Source: an uncultured delta proteobacterium (lineage in GTDB: Bacteria; Myxococcota_A; Polyangia; Polyangiales; B10-G4). From it: a stretch of DNA of 64,000 nucleotides. The first letter of the stretch is position 1. Every line of letters starts with the position of its first letter. A program made the translations under genes and the position numbers. This document shows positions 39,151 to 48,615 of the stretch, piece after piece. Below the pieces are notes generated by a model. It made no database searches. It was not told the origin of the DNA and saw nothing but the letters and a program-made list of their open reading frames with translations. The stretch spans positions 1,472,001 through 1,536,000 of the forward strand of contig CAVSGI010000010.1 of NCBI GenBank assembly GCA_963727445.1, read 5' to 3'.

Positions 39151-40701
39151 TCAATTGAAGCGCGGGAAGCTGGTCGACTTCTCGGGCTCGCGGGTGGCCA
39201 TCGACCGCAATCTCATCGTCGGGCGCGCACGGGGCGCGCGGGTGAGGGAGTAGTGGAGGCGCTGATCGAGGTCTGGCGAGACCTCGACGCTCAGCGGTCG
39301 AAAGCCCACGCGTGACAGGGTCATGGGCACCGGGACCTCCGAGCGGCCCAGCGCGATCTCGAGAGGCGTCTGGCCGCGATCGACCCCGTCGATGGAGACC
39401 GACGCCCCCGGAGGACTGGTATCGACGTGGAGCGTCACCGTGGAAGGCCGCTCTGACTCGGCGGCGCGCTCCGGTCCGGCGGTCCGGGGTGGCACCGATT
39501 CGACGGTCTCGGAGGGAGCAGATGCCGAGTCCTTCGTGGCGACCCAGGTCGCGCCCACCGCGGCGACGGTCGCGATGGCGGCGGCGATGGCCAGGACGAT
39601 GACGACGCGAGGAGACCGTGTCGGGGAAGACGGCGGGGGCTCGGGCAAAGTGGTCACCAAGACCGAGGGGATCTGTACGTCCTTGTCCACCTCCGCTGAC
39701 GGCACCTGGCTCAGCGCACCTCCGATGGACACGCGGCGGAGCATCTCCTGCTTGTCCGCCATGCGGTCGGCGAAGAGCTCCATCATGAGCGCTCCGAGGT
39801 CCCTTTCGAGGTCCCACGGCGCCGAGCTCTGGCGAATCGCGGCGAGGAGCTCGTCGCGCATCGTGGCCATGTCCGGGTACCGGTCCGCCGGCTCACGCGA
39901 CAGCGCCTTCATGCATATGCGCTCGAAGCTCTCGGGGAGGTCCGGGACGATACTGGACGGTTTCGGAATCGCTGCCTCGCGCACCGCGCGCAAGCTCGCC
40001 AGGCGCGTCGCGCGGCGGAAGACTCGACGGCCGGTCATCAGCTCGTAGAGCACGATCCCCAGAGCGAAGACGTCGCTTCGCCTGTCGAGAGGCTCTCCCA
40101 TCGACTGCTCCGGGGACATGTATTCGAACTTTCCCTTGAGCTCGCCCGCCTCCGTGACGGAGATGCTGTCCGCGGCCTTCGCGATGCCGAAGTCCATCAC
40201 CTTCACGTTGCCGCGATAGGTGATGAAGATGTTCTGCGGCGAGATGTCTCGGTGCACGATGTTCAGAGGGCTTCCATCGATGTCGGTCATCTCGTGCGCT
40301 GCATGAAGCCCCGCAGCCGCCTCCGCCACGATGAAAGCCGCCTGCTCGATCCGGAGGGGCACTCCCCGAGAACAGAGTCGACGCTGCAAGCTGGAGAGCG
40401 ACTCGCCCTCGACGTACTCCATGACGAGAAAGAGCTGCACTCCTTCCTGTCCCAGCTCCTGGTGCTGGACGACGTTCGGATGGTTGATGCGCGCCGCGAT
40501 TCGCGCTTCGTCCAAGAACATGTCCACGAAGGTCGGGAGCTCGGCGTACGTGGGGAGGATGCGCTTGATCACCACGGAGCGCTCGAACCCGCTGGGGCCG
40601 GTCAGTCGACCGAGGAGGATCTCCGCCATGCCTCCCTGGGCCAACTTGCCGACCACCTCGTAGCGGCCGATCCTGCTGGGTGCTCCTGCAGGTGCGTTCA
40701 T
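39151..40701 (-). CDS. Ser/Thr protein kinase with TM helix and PEGA domain
   Basis: LAQGGMAEI, VVIK, HRDISPQN, DFGIAK, GKFEYMSPE; TSPPGASVSIDGVDRGQTPL. Confidence 0.93.
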   Translation of the reverse strand: MNAPAGAPSRIGRYEVVGKLAQGGMAEILLGRLTGPSGFERSVVIKRILPTYAELPTFVDMFLDEARIAARINHPNVVQHQELGQEGVQLFLVMEYVEGESLSSLQRRLCSRGVPLRIEQAAFIVAEAAAGLHAAHEMTDIDGSPLNIVHRDISPQNIFITYRGNVKVMDFGIAKAADSISVTEAGELKGKFEYMSPEQSMGEPLDRRSDVFALGIVLYELMTGRRVFRRATRLASLRAVREAAIPKPSSIVPDLPESFERICMKALSREPADRYPDMATMRDELLAAIRQSSAPWDLERDLGALMMELFADRMADKQEMLRRVSIGGALSQVPSAEVDKDVQIPSVLVTTLPEPPPSSPTRSPRVVIVLAIAAAIATVAAVGATWVATKDSASAPSETVESVPPRTAGPERAAESERPSTVTLHVDTSPPGASVSIDGVDRGQTPLEIALGRSEVPVPMTLSRVGFRPLSVEVSPDLDQRLHYSLTRAPRARPTMRLRSMATREPEKSTSFPRFN

Positions 40702-40728
40702 CGCCGTGCCCGCGGTATGATAACAGAG

Positions 40729-41478
40729 ATGACGCGCACCGGGTTCGTGATGGCCACCCTCCTCTTTGGCGTCGTCGTGGTGGTTCCTGCACATCCTGTG
40801 GAGGCGCAAGGTGAACGTGGCGCCGAGGAGCGGGCGCTCGAGCTGACGCGCGAAGCGCAGGCTCGCTACGACGAAGGGGATCTGGAGGCGGCGATCGCGC
40901 TCTTGTTGGAGGCGCGCGAGCTCTATCCGGAGCCGCTGATCTCCTACAATCTCGCTCGCGCATACGAGGCCGCCGGCAACGAGCGCGCCGCCCTCCAAGC
41001 CTACGAGCGGTACGTCGAAGAGCAGCCGGACGCGCCCGATCGCCCGGCGATGGAGGCGCACATCGAGCGACTTCGTGCACAAATGGCGGAGCGAGACAGA
41101 CTCGCACGCGAGCGTGAACAGGAGCGCCGGCGTCGGGAGGCCGCGGAGCGACGAGCGCGAGAACGCGGCGTGAACCCGTGGCCCTGGGTGCTGGTCGCGA
41201 CCGGGGGAGCCGCACTGGGTGCGGGGCTGGTCCTCGGCGTGGTCGCGCAGTCTCAGCGGGACGCAGCCGCCGAGGACCCCGTTCACGTGACGACCGTCTC
41301 CAGCTTCGAGGAAGCACGAGCCTTCGCGACCGCTGCCAACGTGCTCTTCGTCGTCGGGGGAGTGCTGGCCCTGGGCGGAGCAATCTGGCTCGTGGTGAAC
41401 CTCGTCAGCGGGGACGACGAGGAGCGTATCGAGGTCGGGCTCTCGCCCGGCGGTGTCGCGGTGCGGGGCCGATGGTAG
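40729..41478 (+). CDS. Secreted TPR protein
   Basis: Signal peptide; ARYDEGD..AIALL...YNLARAYE...YERYV; hydrophobic C-terminal part ending VRGRW. Confidence 0.8.
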   Translation: MTRTGFVMATLLFGVVVVVPAHPVEAQGERGAEERALELTREAQARYDEGDLEAAIALLLEARELYPEPLISYNLARAYEAAGNERAALQAYERYVEEQPDAPDRPAMEAHIERLRAQMAERDRLAREREQERRRREAAERRARERGVNPWPWVLVATGGAALGAGLVLGVVAQSQRDAAAEDPVHVTTVSSFEEARAFATAANVLFVVGGVLALGGAIWLVVNLVSGDDEERIEVGLSPGGVAVRGRW

Positions 41479-41542
41479 CGACGAAATCTACGTGAGAGGA
41501 ATCAGCCACCGCATGGTTGAGCTGCGCTGAGCACCACCCGAC

Positions 41543-43315
41543 TCATGGCAGGTCGAGGGCCCATGCCGGGACGACCGCACCCCGACCGGCGCACGCGCCC
41601 CCCTCGGCGCTGCTGTAGTCGCCGCGCGTTGGATCGACGAAGACCTCGGCGGTGTTGCCGACGATGTCGCTGTTCAGCTCGTGGCCCAGCCGAGCGCGGG
41701 CTTCGTCGAGCGTGAGGTGGTCGAGGCCCGTGTCGTGGCGCCGGCCGTAGGCGATGAAGTCGGTGACGTCGGTGACGTAGCAGTTGTCGTCGAAGTCGTT
41801 GTCCGTGGCGATCTGCGAATCGGCGATGTCGGCGGCCTGGGGCACCTCACGGACGTACTCGGCCTGGTAGATCAGACCCATGTGGTTGTAGTCGCGTTCG
41901 GCGATGGCCGTGGTGAGGCCCGAGAAGACGTTGCCGCGGATGGTGTGCCCCGTGGCCCACACCCGAAACTCCAGGAACTGGTCGACGCCGATCAGCGTGT
42001 TGTTCCGGGCGGTGAAGTGGTGGCCCATGCGTTCGAAGACCTCGCCCTGGTCGAAGGGGCCGCCCGAGCCACCGAGGCGAATGCGACCGCCACCCACGAC
42101 GAGATTGCCGTCGAAGGTGATGTTCGACGGAGACCATTGCCCGAGGCTGCCGAAGTCGTGGATGACGTTTCCGGAAATGTCGAACGGACCCTCTGCCGGG
42201 TTCTTGAAGAAGAACGCCTGAGGCACGTGGTAGATGTGGTTGTTCCGGATCGTGAGCTCGCCGTTGCCGCCACAGTCTTCGATGTAGGTCTCGCAGGAGA
42301 GGGTGGTGATGGCCCCGAAGTGCTGCCCGTCCGTCGTGGTGCGCCAGTCGTGAGTGACGCCGTCGTCGATCGGGATCAGGTCGTGGAGGATGTTCGACTC
42401 GACGGTGATCGCATAGGGCCCGCCTCCGTCTCCTCGATTCACCCTGACGAGGCCGGGATTGCCGCCACCACTGGTGGCGTACTCGTAGACCTCGTTGCCA
42501 CGAACGACGATGTCGTGCGTCTGGTTTCGCGGATCCGAAGCGTTGCCCGTTCCGCCGCCGATGTTGATGGCGCCCTGGTGGACGGTGATGTTCTCGATGT
42601 TCCAGTACGCCGTCTCCTGAGACAGGCTCCCCACACGGATGTTGCCAGCGCCGGACGCGCATGCGCGTTCGCCGGGAAAGGAGCGCACGGTGATCGGTTC
42701 GCTGGGCGTTCCGGACGCGACGTCGTACGTGGTGCCACCAGCCCATGCGGGGAGACTGACGCGACCGATCGAGAGCAGGCCCCGAACCGTACCCGCACTG
42801 GAATCTCCCCAGCTCACCACCTTGCTGTCGTGCGCGTTCGCGTCATCGTAGACGCCTCCCCTCAAGTAGATGACGTCACCGGGGCCCGCCTGGCGCACCG
42901 CTTCCTGCGGCGTCCTCAAAGGAGCCTCGAAGCTCGCGTCGTTGGCGTCGTCGCCCTCGGGTGAGACGTACCAGCACCGCCCCCCGCCCACGGCTTCGCA
43001 CAGGGCCACGGCCGCTTCATCCCGCTGGGCCGGCCGCTCGGCATCCTCGCAGCCCACGATCGGCGCCCCGCTCCCCTCTCCTCCGGGAGCGCCTTCGGGG
43101 ACCGGGACCATCGTGCTCCCGTCCATCGCGCCATCGGTCGGCACTTCTGCATCGGGCGCCGGCGCGCCGCTGTCGTCGACGTCCCCTCCGCCGTCCGGGG
43201 CTGACGTTCCCGAATCGGGCGATCCTGCGGTGTCGTCACAGCCGACGAGGGTCAGCCCAAGCGACAGTCCGACGATGGAAAGGAGGGGGTTTGCCTGGAT
43301 CCGCATGGTGATCAC
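41543..43315 (-). CDS. Parallel beta-helix (pectin-lyase fold) lipoprotein, paralog A
   Basis: LVGC lipobox; WYVSPEGDD, GDVIYLRGGVY, PITVRSFPGE, repeated N..H turns. Confidence 0.85.
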   Translation of the reverse strand: MITMRIQANPLLSIVGLSLGLTLVGCDDTAGSPDSGTSAPDGGGDVDDSGAPAPDAEVPTDGAMDGSTMVPVPEGAPGGEGSGAPIVGCEDAERPAQRDEAAVALCEAVGGGRCWYVSPEGDDANDASFEAPLRTPQEAVRQAGPGDVIYLRGGVYDDANAHDSKVVSWGDSSAGTVRGLLSIGRVSLPAWAGGTTYDVASGTPSEPITVRSFPGERACASGAGNIRVGSLSQETAYWNIENITVHQGAINIGGGTGNASDPRNQTHDIVVRGNEVYEYATSGGGNPGLVRVNRGDGGGPYAITVESNILHDLIPIDDGVTHDWRTTTDGQHFGAITTLSCETYIEDCGGNGELTIRNNHIYHVPQAFFFKNPAEGPFDISGNVIHDFGSLGQWSPSNITFDGNLVVGGGRIRLGGSGGPFDQGEVFERMGHHFTARNNTLIGVDQFLEFRVWATGHTIRGNVFSGLTTAIAERDYNHMGLIYQAEYVREVPQAADIADSQIATDNDFDDNCYVTDVTDFIAYGRRHDTGLDHLTLDEARARLGHELNSDIVGNTAEVFVDPTRGDYSSAEGGACAGRGAVVPAWALDLP

Positions 43316-43368
43316 TATGCGGATCTCGGGCCCGCACCACCACGCCGACGGTCTTAACCGGGCTTAGC

Positions 43369-44479
43369 TCACCAACGAATCGCCGCTCCGTCGAAGCGTA
43401 CGGTGGCACCGTCGTGCCAACCGGTACCTACGCGAAAGGATCGGATGCCGCGGTTGACCACGTCTTTCGACAGGACGCCGGTTTCACCGGAGAGAACTCG
43501 AAGCGGCACCTGGTAGCGGCGATACCCGACGTTCGCCGCGAGGGTCAGGGCCCCCACGAGGAAGAAATCCTGGCCCGAAGAGGCTGGGGTCGAAATGCCC
43601 AGCTGGGCCCAATAGCCGTGTGCGTCGCTCTCGATCGCGACGTAGAGCTCGAGGAAAGCGAGCTGAAACTGTCCTTCATCGAGGGTCAGTGGGTAGTCGA
43701 GTGCTTCGATGCGGAGGTTCTCCCAGCACGAGGGATACGGCGGGTCCACTGGATCACAGACGGGTCTGCCGTACTCCTCGCCCGACGGGTAGACATCCCG
43801 CGCGCAGTGGGCCGTCCATTCCCAGTAGTGGTCCCCGTCCTGGGCCGAGGCGCTCCCCGTTGCGAAATCGATGCACGTGGGATTCGGAGCTGCGGAATCC
43901 CGCGGACTCGTCAGCCATCGGAAAACCGAGGTCCGCTGGTGGGTTCAGGAGCACGCCGATGACGTCACTGCACGTGACGCGACTGGAGCTGTCCTCGGCG
44001 ACGAGCCTGACGTGGTACTGCTCGGCGGGCGTCAGCTCGAAGAGAGTCGTCGCCACGACCGGGTCCGCGCCCGCGGCGCCCACCAGAAAACTCCGCGCCA
44101 GCTCGGGATTGTCGTCGCTGGTGACCGTTCGAAACAGCTCGCCCGCCAGGAGCTGCTCCTCGGAGGCGGCGATGTCCACCTCGTACGCGAAGAGCTCATC
44201 GAGGTTGTCCGCCTCCCAAGCGATGCGCGCTTGGCTTGCGGTGACCCACTCGACGTGGAGATTCGTGATGGTAATCGCTCCGGGCTCGGCCTCCGGTCGT
44301 CCACAGACCCCGGCCGCACCACGCACGCAGACGTTTGCGCTCCTGTCGCACTGCCACCCAGCCGCGCAGGGACACTCGAGGCCGGTGGTGGGCACGGGCT
44401 CGAGCACGCAGCCCCCGACGACCATCGCGAGGAGTGTCGAGAAGGCGCCGAGGACCTGGGGCAACGGCTTCTTCACCAC
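43369..44479 (-). pseudogene. Fn3-like domain lipoprotein with one frameshift near 43890-43920 (possibly sequencing error)
   Basis: VVGGC lipobox and CPCAAGWQC in the frame of ORF 43754..45124; continues in the next frame as ...HYWEWTAHC...VDPPYPSCWENL to stop at 43369. Confidence 0.65.
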
Positions 44480-44501
44480 GAGCGAAGTATAGCTGAAACC
44501 G

Positions 44502-46331
44502 TCACCGCCGCGGGCAGGCCCACTCGCCGAGGGGATACGCGCCGATGTCGACGGACGCGACGCCGAAGAACTCACCGACGCCAGCGCCGACGGCCGGGCT
44601 CGTGGCCGACAGGTGCAGGTCCGCCGGGGCGCCGACGAAGTCTGGGTCTGCCGAGATGCTGCTGCTCTCCTCGTCGAACTCGCTCCGAAACTCTGGCAGG
44701 GTGTAGGGCGTGCCCGAGTACTCGCCGCCGGTCCAGTTCGGACGCAGATGGATGTCTGCCTGGGTGTTGTCGAAGAAGAGGTTGTTGAAGGAGCTGTAGT
44801 GCCCCACGTAGTCGTCGACCGTGGTGGTCGTTCCGCCGCTGTGGAGGTAGAACCCCGCGTCCAGGCCGGCGAAGATGTTGTTGAAGAAGCGATGGCCGGT
44901 AGGCCCATCGAAGCCCAGGCGGATGCCGACGCCGCCGCCGTAGAAGTCGTTGTTGAAGACCCAATTGTCGTCGCTGTCCTCGGCACTGCCCGGCAGGCGG
45001 ACGCCGACCCGAGCGTTGACCACGACGTTGCCGTAGATCCGCCAGTGGCCCCCTGGTCGATACTCGGCGTCCGTCGGCTGACAGCCGTCGGTGTTCGTCG
45101 CGGACCACACGCAGCGGTAGCCACCTGGCTCGAAAGCCGTGTTCACGTCGTGGATGTAGTTGTAGCGGGCGATCAGGTTGGAGACGCCGCTCTTGACGCC
45201 TATCGCGGCCTGGCCCGGGATGTCGAAGACCTCGTTGTACTCCACGACGTGGGGGTTGTCCGGGTCGGAGACCATGAACGTGATCCCCTTGCTGTTCGAG
45301 ACGCCACCCCAGTAGACGGAGTCGAACACGACGTTGTAGCGGACCAGCGCCCCTCCCGAGCTCCAGATCCGCATGCCGTAGGAGTTGTCGTTGCCGTTCG
45401 AGGTGTGACCGAAGACGTTGCCCTCCACGACGATGTCGTCGGCACCTTCGAAGAAGATGGGCTGCGGCTGCGCGTAGTAGATCTCCAGGCCACGCACGAC
45501 GAGGTGGTCCGACCAGAACCGGCCGAGACCCCGCTGGCTCAGCTCGTACACCTCGTCGTTGGGGTCCTCACCCGCCGGTGGATAGAAGTAGATGAAGCAG
45601 CCTTCGTTGTCGCCGAAGCACTGATTGCCGTCGGCGTCCGCCTTCGTCCAGTGGTCGGGGTCGACCAGGTTCGAGACGTTGTCGTGGTCCCGGCCGCCGT
45701 CGAGGTCCGACTGGTGGGTGACCCGCCGGTCCCCATGGAACATTGCCTTCGGATCGTTTTCGAGGAACCCGGCCGGCGTGCGCCAGATGTTCGCATCGTA
45801 CGACTCCCAGCTTCGTCCCTCCGTGCTCAGCGATCCGTAGATCCGCACGCGCTCGCCCGGGTATCCGCGAATGGTCACGTAGGCGGTCTCGGTCCCGTCA
45901 TCGATGCCGACGTCGTAGGAGGGCTCCTCCATCACGCGGTAGAGGCCTTCGCGAATGGTGAGCGTATCGCCCGGGGTGAGGGCGGACAGGCCTTTTCGGA
46001 TGCTGCGGAATGGCGACTGCATCGTGCCCGGGTCGTCGTCGTCACCGGTGGTGGCCACGAAGTACTCGGTGCCCACGGTGGACAGCGGCGTCGTCTCGCA
46101 CGAAACCGGGTCGATGCAGGCGCCACAGTCGAGGACGCACGTAGTGCAGTCTTCGCCGCCACTACACACGTCGTCGCCGCACATCGGCGCGCCCCCGGCA
46201 TCTGCTCGGCCCGCCGCGTCGGGAGGGTCGCTCGCGTCCGGGAGCGGGCTCGCATCGCCTGCGCTCATGTCATTCGAGGTGGCGCAACCGAGGAGGCACA
46301 CCATCAACGAGCAGTAGCAAAATCGACCCAC
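44502..46331 (-). CDS. Parallel beta-helix (pectin-lyase fold) lipoprotein
   Basis: GGAGG RBS, LLGC lipobox, YFVATTGDDDDPGT..PFRSI, GDTLTIREG, C-terminal DPDFV...DLHLSATSPAV..DIGAY. Confidence 0.87.
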   Translation of the reverse strand: MGRFCYCSLMVCLLGCATSNDMSAGDASPLPDASDPPDAAGRADAGGAPMCGDDVCSGGEDCTTCVLDCGACIDPVSCETTPLSTVGTEYFVATTGDDDDPGTMQSPFRSIRKGLSALTPGDTLTIREGLYRVMEEPSYDVGIDDGTETAYVTIRGYPGERVRIYGSLSTEGRSWESYDANIWRTPAGFLENDPKAMFHGDRRVTHQSDLDGGRDHDNVSNLVDPDHWTKADADGNQCFGDNEGCFIYFYPPAGEDPNDEVYELSQRGLGRFWSDHLVVRGLEIYYAQPQPIFFEGADDIVVEGNVFGHTSNGNDNSYGMRIWSSGGALVRYNVVFDSVYWGGVSNSKGITFMVSDPDNPHVVEYNEVFDIPGQAAIGVKSGVSNLIARYNYIHDVNTAFEPGGYRCVWSATNTDGCQPTDAEYRPGGHWRIYGNVVVNARVGVRLPGSAEDSDDNWVFNNDFYGGGVGIRLGFDGPTGHRFFNNIFAGLDAGFYLHSGGTTTTVDDYVGHYSSFNNLFFDNTQADIHLRPNWTGGEYSGTPYTLPEFRSEFDEESSSISADPDFVGAPADLHLSATSPAVGAGVGEFFGVASVDIGAYPLGEWACPRR

Positions 46332-46537
46332 AGAGACCTCCTGACGTGCTGAGCGGAGGGCAATTTCGGTGTTCGCCAGCGTCTGCCTCCGCTCCCTTCA
46401 CAAAGCGTGATCGCGGTCGCCGCGTCCAGGCATCGCTTCTGAGCTGCTCTGAGCTGGCCTCGGATCGTCCGCGCATCTAAGTGCGGTTAAGCGAGGCGCG
46501 GTGGCTCGCCCCAGCCTCCATCGCCCAGGATGGAGAC

Positions 46538-48304
46538 ATGGTCGAACGAGGGCTTTGTTGCGCACTGGTCGCCTTGTGCGCGTGTACCGGGGGGGTGGTG
46601 GGCTCGACGAGCCCCGAGGACGGAAGCGCGCCGGTACCGGCGGACGGCGGGGTCGACGCCACGAGCAGCGGCCCCGACGCCGCTCCGGATGGGGCGGCAC
46701 GGGACGCGGAGATCCCACGAGATCCGGGGCCATCAGACGCCCCAGGCGGACCGATCGTCGACGCTCCCATCGTCGGCTGCGAGGACGCCGACCGTCCCGC
46801 ACGCCGGCTCGCGAGCCCAGACGAGGTTTGTGAAGCGGTGGATGGCGCGCGCTGCTGGTACGTGAGCCCCGAGGGCAGCGACGATGCTCCCGGTACCTTC
46901 GAGCAGCCGTTGGGCAAAGCGCAGGAAGCCGCCAAGCGCGTCGGGCCTGGCGACATCATCTATCTGCGCGGAGGGGTCTACGACGAGGACAACGCCTTCG
47001 TGTCCAGAGTGAACCAATGGAGCAACCCCGACGCGGGGGTGCAGCACGCCTTCTTCCGCGCGGGGTCGATCTCCTTGCCCGACTGGGCCGGCGGCGACAA
47101 CTACGACGTGGCATCCGGAACCGAGGAAGCGCCCATCGTCCTTCGCTCCTTCCCCGGCGAGCGGGCCTGTGTCTCAGGCGCAGGCGGAATCGGGTTCGGC
47201 AGCTTGAGGACCGAGATCGCCTATTGGAGCGTCGAGAACGTCACGCTCCACGGGGCCGCCATCGGCATCGGGGGCGGCCGTGGCACGGCGGACGCCCCTG
47301 AAAACCAGACGCACGAAATCACCGTGGCCGGCAACGAGGTCTTCGGGGTTCAGGAGAGCTCCGGTCACAACACGGGGCTCGTCAAGGTCGACCGGGGAGA
47401 CGGCGGCGGTCCCTACGACATCACGATCGAGAGCAACATCCTTCATGAGCTCTATTGCCGAGACAGCGATGGGGTGGTGCGTGGATGGGACACGATGCAC
47501 GACGCACAACACTACGCGGCGATCACGACGCTGAGCTGCGAGACCTACTTCGGCGTCGAATGTGGCGGCAACGGTGCGCTCACCGCTCGCAACAACCACA
47601 TCTATCACGTCCCCCAGGCCTTCTTCCTCAAGAACCCGGCGGTGGGCCCGTTCCATCTCTACGACAACGTCATCCACGACATCGGGAGCATGGGGAAGTG
47701 GTCGCCTTCGAACATCACCTTCGAAAACAACCTCGTCTATGGAGGGATCGGTCGAATCGACCTCGGTGGCTCCGGTGGCAGTGCCGAGACCACGGGCGTC
47801 TACGAGCGCATGGGCCGCAATCTGACCGTGCGAAACAATACGTTCATCGGCATGAACACCCTGGTCCACTTTCGGATCTACGCGTCCGGCCACACGGTCG
47901 AGGGCAACATCATCCAAGGTCTGTTCTCCATGGACCAGGCCGACTGGGACCACATGGGGTACATCTTCCAGTCGCAGGGATGGGTCAACCCGGACATGGA
48001 GCCCAACATCGAGCTGTCGCAGCTGGCGCGCGAAAACACCTTCGATGACAACTGCTTCATCACACCGAACCACGACTTTCTCGCCTACGGCCGTCGCTTC
48101 GATCCGGGCACCGGAACGGAGCTCACGCACCTGAGCCTCGAGGACGCCCGTACGCGCCTGTCCTACGAGCTGACCAGCGACGTCGTCGATTCGTTGGAGG
48201 AGGCGCTGGTCGAACCGACGACGGGGGACTACCGCGTACGTGTTGACGGCCCGTGCGCTGGTCGCGGAGCCACGCCGCCCGACTGGGCCAGGTCGATCCC
48301 ATGA
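46538..48304 (+). CDS. Parallel beta-helix lipoprotein, paralog B of 41543..43315
   Basis: LCAC lipobox; shares long motifs with paralog A (AITTLSCETY, RNNHIYHVPQAFF.KNPA, WSPSNITF). Confidence 0.87.
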   Translation: MVERGLCCALVALCACTGGVVGSTSPEDGSAPVPADGGVDATSSGPDAAPDGAARDAEIPRDPGPSDAPGGPIVDAPIVGCEDADRPARRLASPDEVCEAVDGARCWYVSPEGSDDAPGTFEQPLGKAQEAAKRVGPGDIIYLRGGVYDEDNAFVSRVNQWSNPDAGVQHAFFRAGSISLPDWAGGDNYDVASGTEEAPIVLRSFPGERACVSGAGGIGFGSLRTEIAYWSVENVTLHGAAIGIGGGRGTADAPENQTHEITVAGNEVFGVQESSGHNTGLVKVDRGDGGGPYDITIESNILHELYCRDSDGVVRGWDTMHDAQHYAAITTLSCETYFGVECGGNGALTARNNHIYHVPQAFFLKNPAVGPFHLYDNVIHDIGSMGKWSPSNITFENNLVYGGIGRIDLGGSGGSAETTGVYERMGRNLTVRNNTFIGMNTLVHFRIYASGHTVEGNIIQGLFSMDQADWDHMGYIFQSQGWVNPDMEPNIELSQLARENTFDDNCFITPNHDFLAYGRRFDPGTGTELTHLSLEDARTRLSYELTSDVVDSLEEALVEPTTGDYRVRVDGPCAGRGATPPDWARSIP

Positions 48305-48474
48305 CCGTGTCACCCGATTCACCCCGTCCCGAGTGGCTCATGTGCGAAGACTTCGAGGGCGCCGACTGCATCGAAATGATGATGAAGATCAACACGCCCG
48401 GCGCGAGCGACGGGGAGATGGCCTTCTGGATCGATGACGAGCTCGCGCACTCGGAGTCAGCCTCCTGCCGGTGA
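48301..48474 (+). pseudogene. Probable internally deleted remnant of a concanavalin/polysaccharide-lyase-like domain gene
   Basis: ATGA-coupled 57-codon frame joining WLMCEDFE almost directly to CIEMMMKINTPGASDGEMAFWID. Confidence 0.5.
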
Positions 48475-48615
48475 ACCAGGTGGTCCACCTGGTCCGGTGG
48501 TCCACCCTGCGCTCCGCCCCGAGCTTCCGGAAAAGCGTTCGATTCCCGCACCTGAGCTCGTCGGCACGCGCCGTGCTGAATCTCATCGAGCGCGACGACG
48601 CGCGGGAGGAAATCG

